A stretch of DNA of 64,000 bases from Salisapilia sapeloensis CBS 127946 (lineage: Eukaryota; Protista; Oomycota): assembly GCA_023334545.1 (NCBI GenBank), contig JAADVB010000008.1:1-64000 (forward strand), given 5' to 3'. The translations under genes and the position numbers were made by a program. Every line of letters begins with the position of its first letter. The stretch's first letter is position 1. The notes beneath the pieces are model-generated. The model worked only from the letters and a program-made list of their open reading frames with translations, did no database searches and was not told the DNA's origin. Of the stretch, positions 1 to 10,949 are shown in pieces.

Positions 1-303
1 TGCAATGGGTGCTACAAGTCTAGATCCTCTATAGGGATCGTCCACTGCAGTCGCACGAATAGCTTCAATGGTGGAGTGGGACAGGACGCAGCAGATGAAA
101 GGATGCGTAGGACCTGTATAAGGATTCAAGACAATGGCAAAAGCCATACACACAAAGGCTACACCAAAATAGGAAAAGACGATTGCTTTGGCGGTCATAA
201 CGAGAGAGATTATATGCACAACAATAACACAGTAAGCTTGCAAGCTGCGTCGTATTTGCCCATGAAAAGTATGTTGGTGAACTACAACCCAGTGCTTGTA
301 GCT
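1..303 (-). CDS. Possible exon of a hydrophobic membrane protein running off the window edge (or a gene relic)
   Basis: The minus-strand frame is open from an AG-like acceptor (cta at 304-306) to the window edge: SYKHWVVVHQHTFHGQIRRSLQAYCVIVVHIISLVMTAKAIVFSYFGVAFVCMAFAIVLNP... No family recognised and the upstream exon was not resolved. Confidence 0.2.
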
Positions 304-899
304 CTAGTATCAAAACGAATTGGTAAAGACGGCTGGTGATGGTACCGATGTTTACGCTTTCACATTGCATTACCGAGGTACTCAGACGACAACGACGACT
401 CGATGTGTTGTTGTCTCGCCGTTATTTCGCCTGCTCTTTATCTCATCGGGAGCAAGGACAAAAGAAGGTAGTGCATATCAAACCGGCAGTGTTTTGCAAT
501 TGATGCAGATACTGTACATACCAAAAGATACGCCAGGCCAAATGGACATTCGTATCCTTAAAGTCGACCAGATGAGTTCATACGGAAATTGAACGTCTTT
601 TGAGGATACTTTGATCACCGTTTTCTAAACACTGCATCTGTTAAGCAGGTGTAAATATCGGAGTGGAACGTGAAATAGGGTACGTGGATGGGAAGCTTAA
701 GTAAAGGCAGACGATATGTGTCAGTTCGAAAAACACCCTTTTGTTTATAAAAGTATAAAATATGCTTCGAATTTTCGCTAGTTCAATTAGCGAGATGGAC
801 ATCGTTAGATGACGTACCCTGTTTAGCGATTCGCGATATTGCTCAAGACATGCAACTCTACCATTTTAAATTTAGACCGCACGTGGATACCCCGCCAGA

Positions 900-2057
900 A
901 TGACTCTTGTCGGAAAATCGCCTAGTGGAGCCCATGATGAACTGCTCCCAATACTGCCGAATGTTATTCGAGGTCTTATTCAAAGCCCCAAGGACCTTTT
1001 CACCGTCCTTGTCGATCTGCCATGCAGTGTGTTGATCGCATTTATGAAGATACTCTTCCGCGGTTTCAAGACAAAACATCCGTCCTGGACAATTGGATTT
1101 GAGCTTTATCGTGCATTCTCTCGTCGACTAGCAGCCACGTTCGGCTATCGGATCGCTAGTCAGGGATGGTATTTCCGTGCAGGGTTTCCGTCCAGCGAGA
1201 TGAACCGCATTGTTCAGAAGAACGGCCAGTCTAGTGAAACTGTCGTAGCCAATGACTTGGAACATATCTGGATACGATCCAACACGCAGACGGATGAAAG
1301 GGTCTTGCTGCTGATGTATCATGGTGGAGGTTACTGTATCTCATGTCCAACCTTTCTGGCCCCACTCGCTTCATCTACGATAAAGCAATTGGAAAACGAA
1401 TTGGCAAAGACACTTGGGAAGACTGTAGCCGTCGATGCGTTCTTGGCAAATTATCGAAAAGCTCCGGAACACCCATTCCCAGTACCTGCGGAAGATGCAG
1501 TTGCCATCTACGACTACTTGCTAAAAACTACTTCGATCTCTCCTAAGCGGATCGTTATGTTCGGTGACAGCGCAGGCGGTGGACTCGTCATGTCTGTACT
1601 GCTAAGGCTGCGTGATCGTGGCGATAGTAACTTGCATCCTGCTGCTGCATACCTTCACTGCCCCTACGTTGACTTAAGCGAAGATGGTCAAGGAGACAAG
1701 ATCTCTCCAGACTGCATATTATCCGAAAACTTATTGTATGGTTTCTCTCGAGCGTATATGCCGACTTGGACGGATCGTACGACGTGGAAAGATGCCTCGG
1801 CGGTGCACTGCAACTTGAGCAACTTACCCCCGGCATTTGTTCAGTGTGGTGGATTAGACTTTATCCGTGCGGGTGGTATAAAGCTCGCTCAGAAAGCAAA
1901 GGAAGATGGATGTAAAGACTGGGAGCTGGAGGTAGTAGACGAGAAGACACATGATTTTGCCATCGTGGAAAATACGGACGAGCCTACGCCCCACAACGCT
2001 ACTGAAACTGCCATGCGATTTGCTGCGAAGCATCTTTCCTCTGCGATCACAAAGTAG
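900..2057 (+). CDS. Alpha/beta hydrolase, hormone-sensitive-lipase-like family (Abhydrolase_3)
   Basis: Intronless 385-aa ORF with HGGG oxyanion motif, GDSAG nucleophile elbow, NYRKAPEHPFP motif and C-terminal Asp/His candidates (DFI, HDF). Confidence 0.9.
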   Translation: MTLVGKSPSGAHDELLPILPNVIRGLIQSPKDLFTVLVDLPCSVLIAFMKILFRGFKTKHPSWTIGFELYRAFSRRLAATFGYRIASQGWYFRAGFPSSEMNRIVQKNGQSSETVVANDLEHIWIRSNTQTDERVLLLMYHGGGYCISCPTFLAPLASSTIKQLENELAKTLGKTVAVDAFLANYRKAPEHPFPVPAEDAVAIYDYLLKTTSISPKRIVMFGDSAGGGLVMSVLLRLRDRGDSNLHPAAAYLHCPYVDLSEDGQGDKISPDCILSENLLYGFSRAYMPTWTDRTTWKDASAVHCNLSNLPPAFVQCGGLDFIRAGGIKLAQKAKEDGCKDWELEVVDEKTHDFAIVENTDEPTPHNATETAMRFAAKHLSSAITK

Positions 2058-2143
2058 TTTTGAGATGAGTGATAACATGGTTGCATCAATATCATCAGCG
2101 TAAAAAAATGACGTGTGCAGTCCAAGGATCATCGTTCGTTCAT

Positions 2144-4501
2144 TTATATGCTACCCTCTCTACCTTTGCGAAAAAGAAAGTCTGCAAGATAATCCACTGG
2201 ATCCTCCGGACGCATTTTCGCCACTTCAAGAAGTCCTTCAGTGAGAGAAGTTAGAACGGAATCAGACAAGTATGCTCGTAGAGGTTTTGCTCGGCGTTCA
2301 AGTAGCTCTGCTTCTTCACGTTGCATCGCTTCCATGCGTAACTTGTCCTGTAGCTGTTTGTCCGCTAGTTCCCGTTCCTCTTTCTCCTTTTGCTCACGCT
2401 CGAGTCGTAAGGCTTCCTCTTCTTCCTTTCGCTGTTTCTCTTCTGCCTCGCGTATATTCCTTTCAATCTCTTGTGGCGTCGGATGGAAGTTGCATGGTTT
2501 ACCTCCTTGCTCCAGATAACGCTTGATAGGCTCTGTCCAAACCGAGGCACTGGCACTTACCGCATCCGACTCAGAAAGAGATAACTCTAACGTTTCAACA
2601 CCTTGGTGTGCAGTTTCCAAGTACGTTACCAATTCTTCATGGACACTTGCGTATTGTTCATATTTCGCTTCAAACTCCGCATTGACAACAGGCTCCTCTC
2701 CTTCCACAGGTTTTTGCGATGCCGGGTCCAACACAGCTTTTGGGGCGTCAAGAATAATCACTCGATTCGGTAGCTGAATTTCCCTATTCGCCTTTAGCGT
2801 CGACAAGTATGCTTTTGAGGGGTTAGATGTAAGAGTTGCATCTTCATTCTCTGGACTTCCATCAACTTCATCAACGCCTTGATCTTCACCTTGTTCATCT
2901 GGTGGTGCTTGGTCTCCTTCTGTATCTGCTTCATCGTTCGTCGGCTCAGCCTCTTCTTCCTCTTCGATAGCATAGATTTGTTCTGCCTGTGCTTTATTCA
3001 AAGGAAGGCCATCGGTAACGTAACCGTGGTTTCTACATATTGGAGAGCACATTTTCCAACGCAAAAGCTCAATGACCGTTGCTTCTTCAAGTTCTGTGCC
3101 TGCTTGCCAATTCAGAGCTTCTTCTTTCGTTTTATCCGAAACACTAAGCAAATCTTCCCCACTTGCTTCCTGCTGACGAAACTCATTCACAACGGACTCG
3201 ACGGTGATGTACGGCAAATAATACTCAGCTGAAAGCCGGTGGCTCCATGTTGTTTTACCAACCTGTGGAGGTCCCAACACTATAACTTTCAATGGGCGGA
3301 CATCAAAGAGCTTGACGAACTCCTGGACAAAAGTTCCAAGGTTTCGAAGTAAACCGCTTCCCAAGTACTGCCACTCTTCTTCGCTCACAAGCTCTTTTAA
3401 CGCTGCAGATGACATATCGAACGACAAATTGAGTTGGAGCGGTATGATTTCGTTCTTCAATAGCAAGAGCTCTTCTTCTAGTTGGGCAGCGTCTGGGTCA
3501 TTCGTGAGCTCTCGGAGCTTTCCATTTCCGAGCAAGATACTGACGCCTTCACAGACATCGCGAAGTGTGGTTGGACAGGAATCGATTGCGAGCAAGTATC
3601 TCTTTTCAAACTGCGTATCGCAAGTTGCCAGCTTAAAGATCATGAACGCTGCGTCTACGAGTCCTATCGTTGGTAAGAGATTGTTACCTCCGGATGGTAA
3701 TTCGTAGTTTGCTGGTCGCGCAGGAGTATTATTGATCCCAAGAGTTGGTATTAGCAACGGTTGATCCGGATACATCCAAGCACTTCGAAAGAGATAGTTA
3801 AATGGAGATTCACGTCCTCCGTAGAGAAGACCAGCGGCTACGACGTATGTCTCCAATACTTCCGAACGTGTCGCGCCAAGTACTTGGGTTTCGTTTTGTT
3901 TCAACTCCGCAAAACGTTTGGCAGCTTTTCGAGTTTTAAATCCTTCTTCACGATGGCCAAGTGTCGCGCCGGTCTCTGCGTCAATTCGTTTGCTCATCGG
4001 CATATTCTTGCTCCATGCAAGTACACTTGAAATGGCAATAAACTTTCGTTGCGCCGGTTCCTCTGCACTCTCTTGATTTTCCAGTACCTCTTCTTCTCCT
4101 TCCTCATCCTCTTCCGTTTTTTCTTTTGCGTCGGAGATGGTTTCCAAAGTCTGTAAGCATTGCATTGCAAATTTGTCGTCATCGAAAATAGAAGCGATAA
4201 TCACATCACTCTGTCGAAGTAGCTTTTCGACTGCTGTCTTTTCATTCTGAAGAATGATTGTGACCGTCGGAGGCATTGGTGGTGGTTCTACCGGTTCTGT
4301 CGGCTCTGGTGGCTCTGCGTTCTCTTCATTTTCTTCTTCTACTGGAGGTGGCGTCGGAACCCGAGGCTGGAGTCGCTGCTTGGCAAGTGTCCGTTGGTTT
4401 CGAGTAGCAACAGCACCTGCCACCTCGATGCCTGCTCCTTGACAGACCTTGGCGATCTCTTCGCCCAATGAAGATTGGAGGTTAGCGATGAAGATAAGCA
4501 T
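2144..4501 (-). CDS. AK7: Adenylate kinase 7-like axonemal protein with C-terminal Dpy-30 motif
   Basis: 785-aa ORF. Epimerase-like N-terminal part (ETYVVAAGLLYG), P-loop GPPQVGKTT, charged coiled coil, then Dpy-30 motif LRAYLSDSVLTSLTEGLLEVAKMRPEDPVDYLADFLF. Confidence 0.85.
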   Translation of the reverse strand: MLIFIANLQSSLGEEIAKVCQGAGIEVAGAVATRNQRTLAKQRLQPRVPTPPPVEEENEENAEPPEPTEPVEPPPMPPTVTIILQNEKTAVEKLLRQSDVIIASIFDDDKFAMQCLQTLETISDAKEKTEEDEEGEEEVLENQESAEEPAQRKFIAISSVLAWSKNMPMSKRIDAETGATLGHREEGFKTRKAAKRFAELKQNETQVLGATRSEVLETYVVAAGLLYGGRESPFNYLFRSAWMYPDQPLLIPTLGINNTPARPANYELPSGGNNLLPTIGLVDAAFMIFKLATCDTQFEKRYLLAIDSCPTTLRDVCEGVSILLGNGKLRELTNDPDAAQLEEELLLLKNEIIPLQLNLSFDMSSAALKELVSEEEWQYLGSGLLRNLGTFVQEFVKLFDVRPLKVIVLGPPQVGKTTWSHRLSAEYYLPYITVESVVNEFRQQEASGEDLLSVSDKTKEEALNWQAGTELEEATVIELLRWKMCSPICRNHGYVTDGLPLNKAQAEQIYAIEEEEEAEPTNDEADTEGDQAPPDEQGEDQGVDEVDGSPENEDATLTSNPSKAYLSTLKANREIQLPNRVIILDAPKAVLDPASQKPVEGEEPVVNAEFEAKYEQYASVHEELVTYLETAHQGVETLELSLSESDAVSASASVWTEPIKRYLEQGGKPCNFHPTPQEIERNIREAEEKQRKEEEEALRLEREQKEKEERELADKQLQDKLRMEAMQREEAELLERRAKPLRAYLSDSVLTSLTEGLLEVAKMRPEDPVDYLADFLFRKGREGSI

Positions 4502-4698
4502 CTAGGCTCGAACGTTTTCGCGGATGAAGAGGCATATACCATCAATCAGTCGTTTCAAGAATGCAGTACCACGAAATACTAATAACGGATGTATCTATTT
4601 TTGTCTACATCGTTCTTGTTCAGCGCATTGATTCAGGATGCGAAGACGAAGCGGGAGCGACGTGTAAATAGGCCGATCAACAGGTCAATTTTATCATC

Positions 4699-5761
4699 AT
4701 GGATTCCAGATCACCGAACAAGTTGTCAGCGCTTGGAGGCTCTTTAATTAAGACAAATTGCAATGGTAACTTCGATACGTGTACAATTGATGGCATGTGC
4801 TTATGTAGTAACTTGCTTATCTACTGTAGCTGGAATTCTTGAAGTCAAGATTCAGAAGCGGCTGAAAGCAGAGACGAATGCTATTCCGGTAGGTGTCTCC
4901 CATGCTGGCACTCGCCAACGTAAAGGTCACAAGAAGAAACCTCGGCGACTACCTCATCTTCCACCCGACTCGACTACAAAGTTATCTACTTCCGAGTCCA
5001 GTGAATTGCTTAACCGTCCAATGTCCTTTGCAACCGAAAGAGAGGAAGCAATGAACGCTGTTGGACTACCACTACCTGCTAGATCTGTCGTCAAAAAGCA
5101 CGTCAACAATGTGAAGATCAGTTATAGTAAAAGTGCCAAGATGCTTCCTCCCGTTTCTGGAATCTATAGCAAGAGTTCTAAGACTCTTCCCTCCACCTTT
5201 TCCAAAGCTTATAAGCGTAATGAACTGCCTGTGATGATCGAGCCAACATCAAGCGGACCGAGACTGAAATGGCTAGCAGAAATTGCCAGTCTGGAGTACG
5301 GTTTGGTGTTACCGCAGTTCCTGGATGGGATCCGAGAACGGAGTTTCCCGTACTGTTTTCTAGCGAAAGAAGGATCGATGCAATTGCTGCAGTTTGGCGC
5401 TCAACGGCCAAGTCTGCTGGCTGAATGCCTACCTCGTGTCGTATTGGCGCTGCGGGCAGCGATGGAGTCAAGACACGCAGCGTTGATGCTTGATGCAATG
5501 TATATGCTACGTCTCTTGACTGCAGCTTCTGGTATCGGTCCTCTACTCGTGCCTTACTACCGCCAGCTTTTGCCCATGATGAGTATATATAAGAACCAGC
5601 GACGAAACCTTGGCGATCAAATCGACTTTAAACAGTCCTCGAAGCGAGAGTTAGGAGATGCTGTCATGGAGACATTGGAGTTATTGGAACAGACGGGCGG
5701 GCCGGATGCATTTGTGAACATCAAGTACATGATTCCGACGTATGAAAGTCAAAAGATGTAG
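4699..5761 (+). CDS. PACRG: PACRG (ParcG) family axonemal inner-junction protein; 2 exons
   Basis: Motifs FLDGIRERSFPYCFLAKEG, LVPYYRQLLP, GDQIDFKQ and ETLELLEQTGGPDAFVNIKYMIPTYES. Exon 1 is 4699-4765 (MDSRSPNK...); the GT-AG intron 4766-4829 restores the main frame. Confidence 0.9.
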
Positions 5762-5806
5762 AAGTAAGCTTAATTCATTTTTTCGTACAAGAAAAGAAAG
5801 GATTGT

Positions 5807-6910
5807 TTACATTGGGCATACAATGATGTAGAGAAAGCCATCAGCATAACTAAAGTAGCGATAGAGATCGATAATAGACAAGTAGACTGGGACTTGGATG
5901 CCATGGACGATAACTTTGTGCTCGTTACTTGGAAAGAGGTCGGGAAGGAGATAGGTCAAAACCTCTTCCAGTAGTTGCGGTCGGTCTATGTGCATGTGAG
6001 CAGACTTCACGATGCGAGTGCGTTGTGTTCGTAGATACCATCGACAGAAGGAGCGATGGGCATTTGAATGGGTATTTCACTGGACAAATGTACGCGAATG
6101 GGGAGCGAGCGGAGGGAAGATGCATTCGTAGAAGTGAGATTAAGGTCACTTGTCGCATGACGATACGATGCATAGTCATCTGCGAATGCACAGACTAGGT
6201 ACTGAGCAAGAAGGATGATTTAGAGTCTGAATAAACGTACTGTCGGCGATGCTCGTCCAAATCCGCCGTTGTTGATCTCTCGGGAGTCCCATAATAGTTT
6301 TTGTGGAGCCTGTACGAAGATATGCAGCCTATTCGTTTGATATGATCCCACTTGAGCGAGCTACTTGCTGATAATCGCATGCACATACCTGCTTGAGGCT
6401 GTGCATGAAATGCGTTTCAACGCTTTGCTCGCTTTCACAAGGCATCAGCTGTAGGTAGTAGGATGAGTACAAGTTCATTTATGCTGGTGGATGCAGTAGC
6501 TAAGACAAACTTCATTGGACGGAGCTCCTTGGAAATGGACAGTAAGCTTCCAAGGCAGTGCCGTGTCTCGTTTCGAATAGAGATCCCATAGGAGACCGCA
6601 TGGGAGATGCCATGGTAAACGAACGTCGTCAAAGTCTAGCCATATACGAGTCTCCTGTGCTGATGTTACCGGCGGAGCCACGTCTCGAAAGTACTCAATA
6701 ACACTTCGTGTCTGAGAAACGAGGTATCCGAGTCGAGGAACTAGAGCCTAATACGATATCTTTATCATTGCCAAAGATCATTTCCATTAATATTAGAAAT
6801 GAACATACATAATACGGACGTGGTGCATGCAACGTAGTGACTTCGGAAGCATCAAGTGAGAACTGGATGGGCACTTCCCCCTTCCATAGCTCTTCCTGCA
6901 GGTCCTCCAT
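5807..6910 (-). CDS. ATG5: Autophagy protein 5; 6 exons
   Basis: The spliced product reads MEDLQEELWKGEVPIQF...LPWHLPCGLLWDL...LPWKLTVHF...FMHSLKQ-AAYLRTGSTK...SLPIRVHL...FSYADGFLYII. All five introns are GT-AG with consistent phases. Confidence 0.92.
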
Positions 6911-6973
6911 CGAGATAGCGTTGTAAACGGTACACTGGTACCTTGTACCACTGACAACCAATTCGACACTGCA

Positions 6974-7440
6974 ATGCTGGTGAATAAGCGGAAGGAAGTA
7001 CTTCGATTGTATCGAGAGATCATTCGGACGTCACGACCGTTCCAATGGGAAAATGAGAATGGAGAGAAGTGGTATGCATTGGAGAAAGGTATCGAATTGG
7101 GTCGTGTGGCTGATGTATTGTGTCGTTGGAATAGGTCCAAGGTCCTCCAACAGAGTGCTCGATCGGAGATAGAAAGCAATCGGAATGAAACTGTATGTCG
7201 TTCTCAATTGTATACTGCATAATGTATTAGAGCTGATATTTGATCGGGTTTGCAGGACTCGGAAACAATTGCAAAGCGTCTAATTCTTGGATGGGATGCT
7301 GTCAATCAAGTCCATGAGCAGGTATCCTGTTTAACTTTTACATCACAACGCACAGTAATTTCCAAATCATTCGTTCTGTCTAGATGGCTGAGAAGCAGAA
7401 ACAGTTCCAAGATCAGCAGGAACCGTCTAAAAAGAACTAA
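6974..7440 (+). CDS. LYR-motif (Complex1_LYR) small mitochondrial protein, LYRM1-like; 4 exons
   Basis: VLRLYREIIRTSRPFQW...SARSEIESNRNET-DSETIAKRLILG. Three GT-AG introns; stop TAA at 7438-7440. Confidence 0.8.
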
Positions 7441-7480
7441 CCGATCTCTTTGGTGCTAAAGGCCATTTTTTTCTTTCGTT

Positions 7481-8974
7481 TTACTTTCGATAGCTATAGT
7501 CATCCACGTATTTTGCTTCGTTTCCCGTCGTAAACGGTGGCGGTTGGCCATTGTCAACTTGACCGTCAAAGTTCATAAAGTGTTGGTTTGTCCTAAACTC
7601 AAGGAATAATGTGAACAGTACGTGCAGCGATTCGTGGACATTCTTGTAGATCGGAATGTCCAAGATGGCACAGAGAACACGTGCATACTGCTCAACCGTC
7701 AAGTCCAGATCTGCTCCAGGTAAAGGCATTTGTCCGACGAGTTCCTCCAACTGCTCTGGCCAGATTTGCATCAGGCTCTCAATATCCGGCATCGACTTGC
7801 TGTAGTGAACTTGAGGAGGAGGTTTACTTCGGTGCAAGTCCGAAATGTTCTTGATCCAACGATCAACGTCTTTTGGGTGCTTCTCGGCATTCTCAATGCT
7901 ACGAACGACTAGGTCGCCATGTTTTCGCTTGGACATGGATCGTAATTGCAAATCAAGGACAGTGGCGTCTGACTGACTGACGCTAGGCTCATCCAACATC
8001 TTTAGTCCGAGCTGGTCATGTTCCCCGTCGGGACGAGGGACCTTGAGGAACGTATCAATGTCACCCACAGCTGGAATGTACTCTGGAATAAAGCACTTAA
8101 GACGCGTTTCTAGCTCAATGTCTTGAGCTTTGAATCGACTAATGTACTGGAACAGCTCTCGAGTGTCATTCGACACCTTCAGTCCGGCATAGTCACTCTC
8201 CTTGTACCCACCTGCTTTCTCCATCATCATGGCATTGGAGGATGCAGCACCAGTTGGAGATGGCATTTCATCCTCTGGGGAAGCAGCTTGTCCGTCCTGG
8301 CTTTCGTTTCCATCCTCCCCTTCACTCTCATCACTGCCCGACTCTTCTTCAGACGAACTTTCAGAAGCATCTTCTTGAGGGAAAGACTTGGCCCCCACCT
8401 GTGGAGATTCCTTTGCTTTAGGAGATGCATGTGATGCCGGAATCGATTCTAGCGCTGGTTTTGACGCGTGATGGTTACTCTTCATGCTTTCACGATCAGG
8501 GCTAAGCTGCCCAGTTGTATCGATACTAGCTTCCGAGTCACTGATGTCAACTTGTTCATCAAAAGGCTCGTTTTTAAGCTCTCCACCTTGCGGTTCTTGA
8601 TCCACTAGTTCTTTTATTTGGGCTATCGGACTCGTGACTGCCTTGGCCGGGCTGTCCATATCTTGAACACTTCCTGATAGTTCCAATGCCTCATCGAAAG
8701 GCTGGTTTTTGATTTGCTTTTCCTGGACAGTCTTCGCTGGACTCTCTTGGATGCTATCTTCAGACTCACTCAGATCCATCGCTTCATCAAAAGGTTGGTT
8801 GACAATTTTCTTTTGACCTTTATCGTCTCCATCCTTTTTACTCTCTTCTTCTGACGCAGAAAGCTCTTCATCACTTTCAGACTCGCTGGGTGATTGACTG
8901 CGACTACCACTTTCGCTCTCACTCGACTTGCTCTCTTCATCATTATCTACTGTCTTCTCCTCTCGTTCAGACAT
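7481..8974 (-). CDS. IFT46: Intraflagellar transport protein 46
   Basis: Acidic N-terminus followed by the conserved core ELFQYISRFKAQDIELETRLKCFIPEYIPAVGDIDTFLKVPRPD...LDEPS...QSDATVLDLQLR...YSKSMPDIESLMQIWP. Confidence 0.92.
   Translation of the reverse strand: MSEREEKTVDNDEESKSSESESGSRSQSPSESESDEELSASEEESKKDGDDKGQKKIVNQPFDEAMDLSESEDSIQESPAKTVQEKQIKNQPFDEALELSGSVQDMDSPAKAVTSPIAQIKELVDQEPQGGELKNEPFDEQVDISDSEASIDTTGQLSPDRESMKSNHHASKPALESIPASHASPKAKESPQVGAKSFPQEDASESSSEEESGSDESEGEDGNESQDGQAASPEDEMPSPTGAASSNAMMMEKAGGYKESDYAGLKVSNDTRELFQYISRFKAQDIELETRLKCFIPEYIPAVGDIDTFLKVPRPDGEHDQLGLKMLDEPSVSQSDATVLDLQLRSMSKRKHGDLVVRSIENAEKHPKDVDRWIKNISDLHRSKPPPQVHYSKSMPDIESLMQIWPEQLEELVGQMPLPGADLDLTVEQYARVLCAILDIPIYKNVHESLHVLFTLFLEFRTNQHFMNFDGQVDNGQPPPFTTGNEAKYVDDYSYRK
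8540..8806 (-). repeat. Three copies of an N(Q/E)PFDEx(M/L/V)(D/E)(L/I)S peptide in the IFT46 N-terminus
   Basis: NQPFDEAMDLSES, NQPFDEALELSGS and NEPFDEQVDISDS read directly in the translation. Confidence 0.85.
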
Positions 8975-9157
8975 GGTGATCTAGGATTCCTCCACGAGAA
9001 TTATTTCCCATACAACAAAGTGACCGTTGTTTTTAAAACGTACGTCGGTTCATGCTGACGATCTCGTCTTCTCATTCGAATGGACTTTTCAACTTGAAAC
9101 GGACTGCTTCATCCCTAGCTATCTCTTTCTTTCATTTTTGCATAGACCAGTATCGCA

Positions 9158-10867
9158 ATGAACAATATTGGTAACAATTCAAATGGAGTGCTTTCGCACG
9201 ATGGTCAGCGTATTGCCGAAGGAAGTCGGGAAGTTATACAAGCATTGAAAAATCTCTACATGACCAAGATGCGTCCGCTGGAGAAAAAGTTTATGTTCGA
9301 TATCTTCCATTCTCCACTTCTCTCGGAAGCAGATTTCGATTCCAAACCTCAAGTCCTCATGATCGGACAGTACTCTGTCGGGAAGACATCTTTCATCGAG
9401 TACCTACTGGGAAGTAGCTTTCCCGGACAGCGAATTGGTCCAGAACCAACAACCGATCGTTTCGTTGCTGTCATGCACGGCAATGAAGAACGGATTATAC
9501 CTGGAAATGCGATTACCGTCACCCCAGACCTCCCATACACTGGTCTCTCCATGTTTGGCACCTCTTTCTTAAACAAGTTTGAGGCTTCTCAGATGCCCAA
9601 TGCCATTCTCGAAAACATTACAATCGTAGACACTCCCGGCATCCTATCTGGTGAAAAGCAAAGGATATCTCGAGGATACGACTTCGTCCACGTAGCTCGA
9701 TGGTTTGCAGAACGGTCCGACATGATCCTCTTGCTATTTGATGCCCACAAGCTCGATATATCCGATGAGTTTCAGCGAGTGATCGAAGTTCTTAAAGGTA
9801 TATAGTCTCTTAACCGAAGGTTGTGCTCTTTATAAACGTTTAGTAGGCCATGACGACAAGGTGCGCTGTGTCCTGAACAAGGCAGACCAGATCGACGAAC
9901 AGAAACTTATGCGAGTGTATGGATTTCGTTGTAATATATTGTACGGGATATGGCAACTCAGTCATGTATTAGGTACGGCGCTTTGATGTGGTCCATGGGT
10001 AAAGTAATGAAGACACCAGAGGTTATGCGAGTCTTTATCGGTTCGTTTTGGGATGAGCCGATGCTACACAAACAGAATGCGAGCTTGTTTGAGGCAGAAG
10101 AAAGTGATCTCATGTCCGAGTTACGTACTCTACCTCAGAACGCCGCCGTTCGAAAAATTAATGAGCTAGTGAAACGAGCTCGATTGGCCAAGGTTCATGC
10201 TCGTTTGATCGGCCATATCAAAGATAAAATGCCGACAATGATGGGGAAAGAGAAGAAACAGCGTGAGATCATCGCTGACATGGGAAGCATCTTCCGGGAA
10301 GTACAGTCTAAGTACAAACTTCCACCAGGAGATTTTCCTGACCTGGAGGAGTTTACTGCTCACTGCAAAGAGCTCAAGTTTGACAAGTTTCCAGTTCTAA
10401 AAGTCAAATATATGCAAGAGCTGGACGATATATTAAGCAAAGACATTCCTAAGATGATGGAAAGACTGCCGAAGCGAGAACGAAGCGGATCAGTCACGAG
10501 TACAGCGGACGTTTGTCTCAATCCATTCGCAGCTGAAGACGTATGGGAAGTCGCGAACAAGAAACCAGAGTATGATGCTATCTTCAAAACATTGCGGATT
10601 GACGCCACTGGAAAAGCGTCAGGTCCGGTCTGCATGGAGCCCATGAAGCACACTGGATGTCCCAAAGACCAGTTGAGAGCGATTTGGGATCTAGCAGATC
10701 TTGATAAAGACGGACATCTTGACGCAGATGAATTTGCTGTTGCCATGTACCTTTGCAACAAATCGAAAGAGGGCGAGGTGCTTCCAGCAGAGCTTCCCTC
10801 GACCATGGTGCCTCCTTCAAAAAGCAACATGCACTCTTCCAGCACGATCTCCATCACTGGAGAGTGA
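9158..10867 (+). CDS. EHD1: EH-domain-containing dynamin-like ATPase (EHD/RME-1); 3 exons
   Basis: GQYSVGKT P-loop, GPEPTTD, DTPGILSGEKQR and C-terminal EH domain (IWDLADLDKDGHLDADEFAVAMYL). Introns 9798-9846 and 9917-9972. Confidence 0.95.
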
Positions 10868-10949
10868 ATGGCAACCAGCGCCTAGTTTTTAATCAATACA
10901 TTCATCGCTTCTGTAAGATCCTGATGTCTATTTCAAATTCCAGCTCAAA

